Origin: Macrostomum lignano
Taxonomy: Eukaryota
DNA length: 64,000 bases
Assembly: GCA_002269645.1 (NCBI GenBank)
Contig: NIVC01004429.1
Span: 1-64,000, forward strand
Direction: 5' to 3'
The position numbers and the translations under genes are program-made. Shown here piece after piece: positions 35,135 to 46,197 of this stretch (the stretch's first letter is position 1; every line of letters begins with the position of its first letter). The notes under the pieces were generated by a model, which worked only from the letters and a program-made list of their open reading frames with translations, was not told the origin of the DNA and searched no databases.

Positions 35135-37179
35135 CGCTGTTGTATTTTGTTGTTGTTGTTGTCGTTGTGTGCCTGCTCAGGGGAGTGGGCGAAATGGGCT
35201 GTCAATGCCTCTCGACGGCTGTGTGACGCTGTCGCACGCCGCTAAACATTCTACTGAAGGACTGTGGCAACAGAACGAGGGCACGATTGAATTGGCTTAG
35301 CTTAGAATGTTTCTAAGACTCGGAATTTGACAAATATCTTTCAATGGCCGAGACAGGTCCTCTAAAGACAGCCTCTCGCTAGGGGTTGGCTCAAAAAAAA
35401 ACGAAGAAAAGTCAAAGAGACTGAATAGTCTGACATCTGCGGTCTTCGTTCTATCCTTTCAAGTTTTTTTACTCAAAGTCGAAGAGGAAGAGAGAAAAAG
35501 AAGGGGCAGGAGAGCGTTCAGGGTCAGTCCGAGGTTCGGTCGGATAAAACACTCCTCGCCCAGGTGGCATCATATAGCTAGAGTAAAATTGGAGCACCTA
35601 TCGTGACCGTGTGTAGAGCTGAGACAGAAAGTTGAGACCCCGGGCGCGCGGCTACTCAGATATTCGCTACTCAGATCTATAACAGTCTCCGCTCGATCCC
35701 AGCCGCCTTTGAGCACAGGGGAGAAACGAGAATTAAGGAAAAGGGAGAAGGGAGGGAGGGAGAGAGAGTTGCAGTGCGGGCTGCTTCATGCGGATCGAGG
35801 CCGGCAGATCACGCAACTGAGAGCGATCTGAGAGAAAAGCGGCTAAAAAGAAAGGATTGAAATTGGAGCCATTTACCCCTATAGCGACCACCGCCTCCGC
35901 CCTAGCAACCTTCTCTTCCCTTTTCTTCTTCTGCCTGAGGAGTCTTTGGCAATCCGAAGACAGACGGCAGGAAGACTCGGTAGCAAAAGACGCCATAAAA
36001 GACGAAGATTCCCTCACAGCGTGGATAGGCCTGTATGGCCTCTAAAATTTAACTACCAAGTAAAACAAAAGGAAAGGGAAGGAATATTTCCTCCTCATAG
36101 CTACTACATCCATAAATGCAGGCACTCTAGGCTACCTTTTCAATTGGTATTAATTCTAAGAATTGTTCCCCTAAGCAGACGGCATCCCCTCCCCCAGTTC
36201 CCTGACCGATCCCTACAGCGAAGCGGGTGAGCAGATAATTCTCCCTTCTCCTCTCCCCTCCGTTGACCTATGCAAAAAAACGGTATTGAATCCCAGAGAG
36301 CCAATTTCTGGCCGCGCGGACGCTTTAAGTCCCCCCAGGAGGCTTTCCAGACCTTTTTTAGAGTCTGTCTGAAATCGAAGCGCTGGCTCTGGTCCTCATC
36401 AGAGTGGGCATGAGCGCGGGGCAGGGGGGAGCGATATAATGCGCCTGAAATCCGATTTCGATCCTTTGCATTTTTGCCGACTCAATCGAGCCAAGCTCTG
36501 TGCTCTTCTCTGCTCTGACTGTCTAGCATTTTTTATCTCATTCTCGGGTCATTTTATTCCCGGGTCCTGCGCAAAAAACGGGCATTCAACATTTATGCTG
36601 TTTGGAAGACGGCAACAAAATGAAATTATCTGATAGCCATGGGGCAACGCGTCAAGCAAATGCAGAATTAAATATTGTTGAGCACAATACGGCACTAATG
36701 ATGGTAGGAGAGATGGCCGGCTTCTCCTAAATGCAATATTGATTGACGGAACAAAATCACAGGGCACGCAGGGCCTGTTAAATTTGCAATTTCTCTTACC
36801 TTTGGGAATTCAATGCCTTGCCCAAACTTATAAAATTTTTGTCTATCTAGAAAAAAATAGAAGAAACCTTGGGCTAAAGACTCAAGCCTAGTATCGCGTT
36901 CCAAGGCGGATTCTGTCGCCTTAAAAGGCTTGCATTGACTTAAGCAAAGCTTTTAATTAAACCTAAGTATTTCCTCCGGCTGGTTCTGCGCCATCCCATC
37001 AGTGGAAGTCGTAGTTTATGATGCCTTGCAGTCTCATATTTGATTATAATGATCTCTTTCAATGCGAGATCCGCAGTCTCAGAAAGCTTTACAATACATA
37101 AAATATATAGATACAGACCTTGCATGCAGAACTATAATCCTCTCTCAGTCTTCTCTCTTCTCTCAGCTTCGGTCCCTTT

Positions 37180-37986
37180 CCCCGTCACACCTGGAGCTTG
37201 TCTCCTTCTCCACCGTCACACCCGGAGCTTGTCTCCTTCTCCACCGTCACACCCGGAGCTTGTCTCCTTCTCCACCGTCACACCCGGAGCTTGTCTCCTT
37301 CTCCACCGTCACACCCGGAGCTTGTCTCCTCTCCACCGTCACACCCGGAGCTTGTCTCCTTCTCCACCGTCACACCCGGAGCTTGTCTCCTCCACCGTCA
37401 CACTCGGAGCTCGTCTCCTTCTCCACCGTCACACCCGGAGCTTGTCTCCTCCACCGTCACACTCGGAGCTCGTCTCCTTTTCCACCGTCACACCCGGAGC
37501 TTGTCTCCTCCACCGTCACACTCGGAGCTCGTCTCCTTCTCCACCGTCACACCGGAGCTTGTCTCCCTTTATACCTGTCACACCTGGAGCTTGTCTACCT
37601 CTCTACCTGTCACACCTGGAGCTTGTCTCCCTCTATACCTGTCACACCTGGATCTTGTCTCCCTCTCCCCATCACACCTGGAGCTTGTCTTTTCTCTCCG
37701 TCACACCTGGAGCTTGTCTTTTTCTCTCCGTCACACCTGGAGCTTGTCTTCTTCTCTCCGTTACACCTGGAGCTTGCCTTCTTCTCTCCGTCACACCTGG
37801 AGCTTTCCTTCTTCTCTCCGTCACACCTGGAGCTTGTCTTTTCTCTCCGTTACACCTGGAGCTTGTCTTTTTCTCTCCGTCACACCTGGAGCTTGTCTTC
37901 TTCTCTCCGTTACACCTGGAGCTTGCCTTCTTCTCTCCGTCACACCTGGAGCTTTCCTTCTTCTCTCCGTCACACCTGGAGCTTGT
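37180..37986. repeat. ~31-bp minisatellite (CACACCTGGAGCTTGTCTCCTTCTCCACCGT)
   Basis: Tandem units; source of ORFs 37040..38259. Confidence 0.96.
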
Positions 37987-38959
37987 CCCTTTCTGCCCAA
38001 GTTCAGCAAAGAGGTTATTTTAAAATTGTTTTTTTATCAGTCTGAAAAAAATATTTTATGCTTAGATTCGTTTACAACGCTTGATTTGCTTACGGGTGTT
38101 AAAAATACATTGGAAAATAAAATTTTTGACCGTTGCAGCGAGCGGAGATACCTGCGTATTTATAAAACCAGATATTTACCAACTTTACCCACTGCCTCTT
38201 CCCGCTTCGATCTTTCACTGGACCTCGAGTTCATTTTATGCCGGAGTTTTACTGCTTAGGAAACGCTAAAAAACAGTTACAAATGAAACAAACAAACAAG
38301 AAACTGCTTTAGTTGTTCATCTTATACAGAACACTTTCACAGAATAATTCATCCCGTTTAACAACAGTCAAAGGGTTTCCAACTTTATTAAAATTAACAC
38401 TGAAACACGAGAAAGAAGAAATAGATGATTTAAACTAAACTTTCTGATTTTAATTTTGAGATACGTTGACTCTTTGTGCCAGATAAAAAGCATATACTGG
38501 TACAATGCAAAATAGACAGAGATTAGTAAGCAAAAGATTAGGTTCCTGTCTGATAACAAGTCCAAGAAGCTTATACGAACCAAATATTTAGTGTTCATCA
38601 ACAAAAATAAACAGAATTTCGCTTGCATGTTTTTATAAATGATGTATTCTACTATTACAAGATTAATTCAGAAAAAAATTATATTGACGTTGGTTGGATT
38701 GTCTGTTCACGGACTATTGTTCGCACTTCAAGGACGCTGCACGTTGAAATTGTACAAATTTCACTTGATGGGCCGAATTTTTCTCAAAAAATTATTTTAC
38801 CGAGATAGGAAGTTGACATTAGTATAAAAGACTGTCAATCCGCAAAAAAGGTGAAGACATATTCCCTGAATTTTAATTCAGGGCTTTACCATAGACAAAC
38901 TCGGAGGGAAAAAGGGAGGAAATAGATACGGTTGAAATTTTTTACCTTGCCTGCCTCAC

Positions 38960-39335
38960 TCCCTGGAGCTTGTCTCCCTCTCCCCCGTCACTCTTTGAGC
39001 TTGTCTTTCTCTCCCCGTCACACCTGGGGCTTGTCTCCCTCTCCCCCGTCACACCTGGAGCTTGTCTCCCTCTCCCCCATCAAACCTGGAGCTTGTCTCC
39101 CTCTCCCCCGTCACACCTGGAGCTTGTCTCCCTCCTCTCCCTCATCACACCTGGAGCTTGTCTCCCTCTCCCCCGTCACACCTGGAGCTTGTCTCCCTCT
39201 CCCCCATCACACCTTGAGCTTGTCTCCCTCTCCCCCGTCACACCTGGAGCTTGTCTCCCTCCTCTCCCTCATCACACCTGGAGCTTGTCTCCCTCTCCCC
39301 CGTCACACCTGGAGCTTGTCTACCTCTCCCCTCGC
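38960..39335. repeat. Second block of the ~31-bp CACACCTGGAGCTTGTCTCC minisatellite
   Basis: Same core and orientation as 37180-37986. Confidence 0.94.
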
Positions 39336-39443
39336 ACCTTACACCTAGGAATAATTCCAGCCAGATTCGCACGATTTGGCGGTGCAGCATTGTACACAAT
39401 TAGTCCGTTTACCGGTTGCCAGACAGCTGCAGGTGGCAGCCAA

Positions 39444-39908
39444 CTACCTGCCCAGCGTGTTCATAACCTCCGGCGTCTGCAGGATGCGCAGCAGGTCCGG
39501 CTGCAGCAGACAGCCGTCAACGAACTCCTCGTGGGAGATCTCGCAGTTCTTATCGGTGTCGAGTCGTCGAAAGAACTCCTCACAGACCTCTTCGGGTGTT
39601 TTGGTGAGTTGCACTCCACGGTCCCGCGCAGTCTGGAACACCGCGTGCATGATAGCCAGCACCTCCTCCCGAGAAATGCTCCGATCTTTATTACTGTCGA
39701 ATAGTTCGAAGAATTGTTGCGCTTTTTTGCGCACGGTCTCCAACGAGCTGTGCCGCTGGGCGACCATGTTGAGAAAGTCGGAGGTTCGACCAGTCGGCTG
39801 GGCGGCCTTGAACTCGGCGTAGAGCTGGCGAATCTCCTGACCGCTGAGACGGCTGGCCTCAACTAAAAATGCCACCGACTGAGCGTCCAGTTCGAGCGGA
39901 GCAGCCAT
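39444..39908 (-). CDS. Single-exon EF-hand protein of the neuronal calcium sensor (recoverin/NCS-1/KChIP) family, internally shortened, 154 aa
   Basis: NCS N-terminal helix (EIRQLYAEFKAAQPTG), EF3 loop DSNKDRSISREE, TPEE linker, EF4 loop DTDKNCEISHEE and FVDGC..PDLLRIL tail. Confidence 0.85.
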   Translation of the reverse strand: MAAPLELDAQSVAFLVEASRLSGQEIRQLYAEFKAAQPTGRTSDFLNMVAQRHSSLETVRKKAQQFFELFDSNKDRSISREEVLAIMHAVFQTARDRGVQLTKTPEEVCEEFFRRLDTDKNCEISHEEFVDGCLLQPDLLRILQTPEVMNTLGR

Positions 39909-40401
39909 TTCTTCGGTCTCTTCTAGTAGCAGTAATGAGGAAATTTTTGAGGAAACTTTTAGGGAGCTTTTGAGAGTCTATAATCCCGGCTGTGCCATTG
40001 CCAACCAGTGCTGAAGGCTGTTCAGGGGTTAAACACTCGCTGATCTCTCCTTCGCTAATTTAGGTAACGGTCTGTTCCCCTTTTTCACTTGTTACGCCCC
40101 TTAACCCCCCTCGCGCCCACCTCCTCCACCTTCCTCTCCCTGGCAATCTTCAGTCCAGCCGAGCCGCTGCTGCCCATGCAGCACAGCTGCTCATCTGGGG
40201 TAGGCCGGCCTGTACTCAGAATTGCACAACGCTGCCCCCCCCTTCTGTCTCTCTCTTGTCGGATAGTTGCTAAGTGGACCAATGCAGTGCTAGCGGTCGG
40301 CGGGATTGGCCAAAGCACTGTGCGGTTTTCCTACTATGGAGTTTGGATTTTGGTGTTTTTACTTAAGTTTCTTAACAATCTATGCAAGTTGTTGAGAGAT
40401 T

Positions 40402-41070
40402 GAGGGTAGACAGGAGGGTAGACAGGGGGTGGACAGATGGGTAGACAAGAGGGTATATAGGAGGGTAGACAGGAGGGTAGACAGGGGGTGGACAGATGGG
40501 TAGACAAGAGGGTATATAGGAGGGTAGACAGGAGGGTAGACAGGAGGGTAGACAGGAGGGTAGACAGGAGGGTAGACAGGAGGGTAGACAGGAGGGTAGA
40601 CAGGAGGGTAGACAGGAGGGTAGACAGGAGGGTAGACAGGAGGGTAGACAGGAGACAGCAGAGGGTAGAAAAGGAGACAGCGGAGGGTAGGCAGAAGATA
40701 GCGGAGGGTAGAAAAGAAGACAGCGGAGGGTAGGCAGAAGATAGCGGAGGGTGGAAAGGGGACAGTGGAGGGTAGACAGCAGGGGACAGCGAAGGGTAGA
40801 CAGGAGACAACGGAGGGAGATAGCAGGGGACAGCGGAGGGTAGACAGGAGACAGTGGAGGGTAGACAGGGAACAGCGGAGGGTAGACAACAGGGAACAGC
40901 GGAGGGTAGACAACAGGGGACAGCGGAGGGTAGACAGGAGGGGAAAGTGGAGGGTACGAGTAGAAAGGAGATAGCGGAGGGTATCCAAGAGACAGCGGAG
41001 GGTATCCAAGAGACAGCGGAGGGTAGACAGGAGATACCGGAGGGTGGTCAGTAGACAGCGGAGGGTAGAA
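40402..41070. repeat. 13-bp (AGGAGGGTAGAC-type) minisatellite grading into longer ACAGCGGAGGGTAGA variants
   Basis: Seen directly. Confidence 0.95.
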
Positions 41071-42061
41071 AAAGAATCTCTACTACGAGTGATCCAATTG
41101 ACCTTAAAAAGCGCGAATGATTAAAAGATGTAAAAGGTGGCTTTCTATACTTAGTATACAGTGCAGGGACTAAGACGCCTTGAAGCCGCAGAGGTGAGAA
41201 GACAGCTCATTTAATCAGAGAGCCCGTCTCCAACCGTCCATGTCTAATAGATTTAACAGTTTTCTCATAATTTAGTTCAATGTACTATTTTAGCCTGCCT
41301 TCTGCAGAAGCAGAATGAAACAGATCTTATAAGCAGGTAGATTTTGAGCAAGATTGCTATTTACATTAACACGGCCTGGTATATGAGTCTGGGAAGCCTC
41401 ATCTCTATAATAAATTGGGGTAGTTGCACAAAAGTGCACCCGAGAAGGAAGAGGCTTCCTTAGATAAGACTGAATGCAACTGGGTATGGGGTGCGTTGGG
41501 AAATATCCCTGATGCTGGGGAGAAAAAGAAGTGAGTTACATTCTTTCATCTGGGATAATAGTACTCCTCAAAATTCCAAACTGTTTATCCAAATTAGTCT
41601 GTCATCTTATTGAGTTCCCACGCAAGGTTTGGCAGGTGACGAGCTGCCGAAGACTCAAAGCTGGCAGGGCTGCTGTGGGAAATTTCTACATGTAGCAACG
41701 ACAGTCGACCTGAGACAGGCAGTCAGGCAGGCTGGGTGCTGGCCCATTGTCTCGCTTTTCTCCGCATTCAGTCGGGCGTTTCCTGGGCGCTTTTAGCGCT
41801 TTTTCTCTTTCTCTGTCTCTCAGGCCAAAGAGCTAAAAGAGAGGCAGGAAGAGGGGAGCCGGTTGAAAACAACAGACGAAAGACGAGTGCAATGGGGAAT
41901 ATTGGCAGAGGAAAAATCAATAAGGCATGCATGGAGGGCCTTGCCTTTCTTTGACAAAACATGCGGTCTCTGCACCCAGCCATGGTCCCTTTGTCTGAGC
42001 CGGCTGAAGGCAACTGTCTGACACCTAATATTCCCGATCAATCCATTTCTCTGAGGCTAAG

Positions 42062-43130
42062 CTGCTCTGGGTGATTCTGTCTGATAATTGAGTGATTCTG
42101 CCTGATAACTGAGTGATTCTGCCTGATAACTGAGTGATTCTGCCTGATAACTGAGTGATTCTGCCTGATAACTGAGTGATTCTGCCTGATAACTGAGTGA
42201 TTCTGCCTGATAACTGAGTCATTCTGCCTGATAACTGAGTGATTCTGCCTGATAACTGAGTGATTCTGACTGATAACTGAGTGATTCTGCCTGATAACTG
42301 AGTGATTCTGTCTGATAACTGAGTGATTCTGCCTGATAACTGAGTGATTCTGCCTGATAACTGAGTGATTCTGCCTGATAACTGAGTGATTCTGCCTGAT
42401 AACTGAGTGATTCTGCCTGATAACTGAGTGATTCTGCCTGATAACTGAGTCATTCTGCCTAATAACTGAGTGATTCTGCCTGATAACTGAGTGATTCTGC
42501 CTGATAACTGAGTGATTCTGCCTGATAACTGAGTGATTCTACCTGATTACTGACTCAGTCTACCTGGTTACTGACTGATTACTGACTCAGTCTACCTGAT
42601 TACTGACTCAATCTACCTGGTTACTGACTGATTACTGACTCAGTCTACCTGATTACTGACTCAATCTACCTGATTACTGACTCAGTCTACCTGGTTACTG
42701 ACTGATTACTGACTCAGTCTACCTGATTACTGACTCAATATACCTGATTACTGACTCAGTCTACCTGGTTACTGACTGATTACTGACTCAGTCTACCTGG
42801 TTACTGACTGATTACTGACTCAGTCTACCTGATTACTGACTCAATCTACCTGATTATCGACTCAGTCTACCTGGTTACTGACTCAGTCTACCTGGTTACT
42901 GACTGATTACTGACTCAGTCTACCTGATTAGGGACTCAGTCTACCTGATTACTGACTCAGTCTACCTGATTAGGGACTCAGTCTACCTGATTACTGACTC
43001 AGTCTACCTGATTACTGACTCAGTCTACCTGATTAGGGACTTAGTCTACCTGGTTACTGACTCAGTCTACCTGATTAGGGACTCAGTCTACCTGGTTACT
43101 GACCGATTACTGACTCAGTCTACCTGATTA
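42062..43130. repeat. 21-bp minisatellite in two adjacent variant blocks
   Basis: CTGATAACTGAGTGATTCTGC up to about 42540, then CTGATTACTGACTCAGTCTAC. Confidence 0.97.
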
Positions 43131-43957
43131 TTTGCTGACGTTGCACAGGGACTACTAAAACAGTCTCTGTTTTATAGTCCCTGGGGTCGCATAGTTTTCC
43201 TTTAATCCCGTTTGCTTTTGCGTATTTCTTGCCGAAAATTCTTTGTCGAATGTCGACTCAAATTTCTTTCAGTGTGGAAAAATTCCAACTGATTGAAGCA
43301 CCGATCGGATGGATCCCGGAGATATCGCTGACCGCTGGCTTCCCAAAGAAGGAAATTTGATAGGATCATCAATCCCTTGGGAAATTTTTCGCTAAAATCT
43401 CTGGCGATTTATTTGATTTGAAAAAATTATTTCCATAGGAAGTTTTACACCCTGTGTGAGCCTGTGTATGAGTGTGTGCCTGCGTACGGCATTGGCATGC
43501 TTGTGTGTCCTCAGGAGTCAGCGAAATGGGCAGCTTTGCCGTCAGCGATGGATGCGGGACCATGATGTCGCTCACAGAGTATCTTGTATGTCATTACCAT
43601 CGATGGTCATGCTAGCTACTACTCTCTGTAGTAGTAGAAGATACTCCTCATCAATTAAATGTTACACCTTAAAATCAATCAAATCTCGAATACTTAATGG
43701 GAGTATCTACCGCAGCTGGGCAGTTTGACTTTGAATATCATTATTTAGTGTAAAAAAAACAACAAACTCAAATTAGCGTTTTTTGTTGGTTATTGAAAAA
43801 GAAAATTTTATTGAATCTTTTTGAGTTGCATTTTGTAGAGCGTGTAGTTTGCGCAGAATTGCATTAGCTATCTATAGACGTACGGTAGCAACTGCGTAGG
43901 CTATGAAGTTATGAATAGCTGTAATACTTTTTACTGTAACCAATAATTAGAGCGTCG

Positions 43958-44348
43958 AAGATGGTGCCAAGGTTCCTCACTGACGATCAGAAATGGCTGC
44001 AGTTGAACATCGAGACATTGAGACAGTCTTTGGCCAACAGAGTTGAGCCAAGCACCTTATTCACCAGATATGGCACCGTGTGATTCCTGGCTCTTTCCCA
44101 AGGTGAAGCAGGTCCTCAAAGGATCCAGATTTGAAGACTTGGATGCCATCAAGGAGAGTGTGACAGGGGTACTGAGGGGCATCATGAAGGAGGGCTTCCA
44201 GGGCTGCATCAGGAGCCGGAACCAGCGATTGAGGCGATGTGTTGAAAGTGGCGGCAATTACTTTGAAGGCTGCAGTTGACTGAATTTGCATTTTTTTGTT
44301 CTGAAAGTTTTTGTAGCTAAATTCTCGTTACTTTTTGGCCACACCTCG
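43958..44348 (+). mobile_element. Mariner transposon remnant, 5'-truncated and internally deleted
   Basis: KMVPRFLTDDQK, then QAPYSPDMAPCDSWLFPKVK...CVESGGNYFEG (YSPDLAPxD motif), then a TIR-like end GTTACTTTTTGGCCACACCTCG. I did not find a left TIR. Confidence 0.88.
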
Positions 44349-45367
44349 CAGTAAAGGCTATTCGGTACGTAAACAAGCAGTTTATTATGTAACTTCGTAT
44401 ATCTTGTGGCAGACTAACCCAAAAAATTCTACTCTAATTCATGGACAACAAAGTTAAAATGATCCGCTACATTTAGCAATTCGTCCGAAATGTATAGCTT
44501 TTTGCAGTCAGTTTGAGCCTAGGGGCTGCTGACTCGATCCAGAGTGGCAGAACTCAAGACAACTGCTGCCCCGAGTCTATGGCCCAAAATTTTGACTGGT
44601 GAACAAAGACCTTAATCTTTGGAGCATTGAATCGACCTCGCATGTCTGCTAAAGGCTTACCATCGCTCTGTAACCTACAAATCAGCAAAAAACATTAGCG
44701 AGCTGGGAAGATGAAGATAGCAACGCTAGCAACGAAACGGCTTCAGACGAGCAGGGGACGAACCAAGAACATGGACAAAGATCAGTGATGAGATGCACAG
44801 CCTAGTCATCGAACCGGTCGGTATCGCGAAATGGACAAATATTAACGTCAAGACAGTAATGTCAATTGCTTGCATTGCTTTGCGATAATAAGAATGAAAT
44901 CAAGATCCGAATAGAGGAAAATGTACTAAGTCAGTGCTCCAAAGATTAAGTCCCTGCTCACCTGTCAAAATTTTAGCCATTGGACTATAGATTTCACAAG
45001 GATTCGTTGTTGCGTAGTGTTACCTAAGTTTTACCATAGACAAAAGCGTTGAGAAAAAATCTGTCTAGAAAATTCCGATTAAGAAGAGCTAAGGAAGTTC
45101 GCGCTTGTCGGCACTCTCCGGTAGCATTTTTTAAACTGAATCAACCTTGGTAAAATCATTTACCAACTTTTTCAGCAAAAAACACGAGCCTTAAGTGAAC
45201 CCAATTGCACCATTAGCAACATTTTTACTTTAGTTGTCAAGCTGCAAAAATGCCCTAAAGCGAGAAAATCACAAGTTTACATGTACATGTATAAAATATC
45301 AGCACTTGGTCCCGCGTTACTGCTCATCCGCTTGCATAGCATGCTACTTTACCATTGTCCGAGTGTA

Positions 45368-46197
45368 TCAGTAGTACCTAGCGCTTGGCGTATCCGCCCT
45401 TCGGAAGAAAAATGGCCGACAAGCATACGGCCAGTTGGCCGGCCCGTCCAGTGACGTTTCGACGCCAGACGGTCGAGAGGCCCACCGGCCGAATTCGTAG
45501 CGGGCCGCCACCAGTTCATCAGTCGGCGGCATTGGACTGACAGCTTCCCGCTGCTCAAAGTCTGCCGGCTCGAGTTCGTAGCGCTCGAATCTTGAGCAGC
45601 TCTCATTCCAGCAGCAACCGTTGCCGGTGCAATCCGGTGTTGATAGCCGCGGAGTCGCGGTGGCGAAGGCAGTTGCACAGTTCGAGCAGAATGAATTGCG
45701 GGTGGCTGCAGTGGTTGATAGTCGCGCAGCTTGCGCTCCAGGTAAGCGCGAACTCCAGCGTTTCGCTCGTCGTCCAGCTCCAACGCAGTCGGAAGGCGTG
45801 CTGCTCTTGTCGAAGTCAGCTTTGCATCCACCCTGAAGCCGTTGTCGTCGCTCCAATAGGGACTGAACTTCCTGCCGACACTTCCGACACCTACCAGACG
45901 GGGGTCTTCTATGCGCTCGTCAGCTCGGAAGTGTCGGTCGCTGTCCCACCTCGAATCAGTCGGGTAGCGAGCGGCCGTCCTGGGAGCGGCGTCGTCAGAC
46001 CAGTAGTCTCGCTGATCCTCGCTGTATAGAGCGCGCCGACGACCAACAGAATCGTCGTAGTCGTCGTAGTCGTCCATCTCCATGTGCCACTTCAAAGTTT
46101 CTACAGCAGCTTCGTGCCTGGCGATAGAAGCGGCAAGACTGCGCCTCATCTTTCGATCGTCTGCCGTCGAGTCGTCGGTGTCGCGAAAAACATTCAT
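45368..46197 (-). CDS. Intronless GC-rich ORF of unknown function with a probable frameshift near 45600
   Basis: The first ~190 aa of ORF 45349..46197 and the tail of ORF 45368..45856 (YELEPADFEQRE...SARYY*) both look protein-like. An acceptor-like TTTCACAG lies 8 nt before the ATG. Confidence 0.5.

Noticed and set aside
38885-45045. Shared 15-mer TTTACCATAGACAAA at ~38885 and ~45030
   Set aside because: About one or two such matches are expected by chance in 64 kb, and the similarity does not extend.
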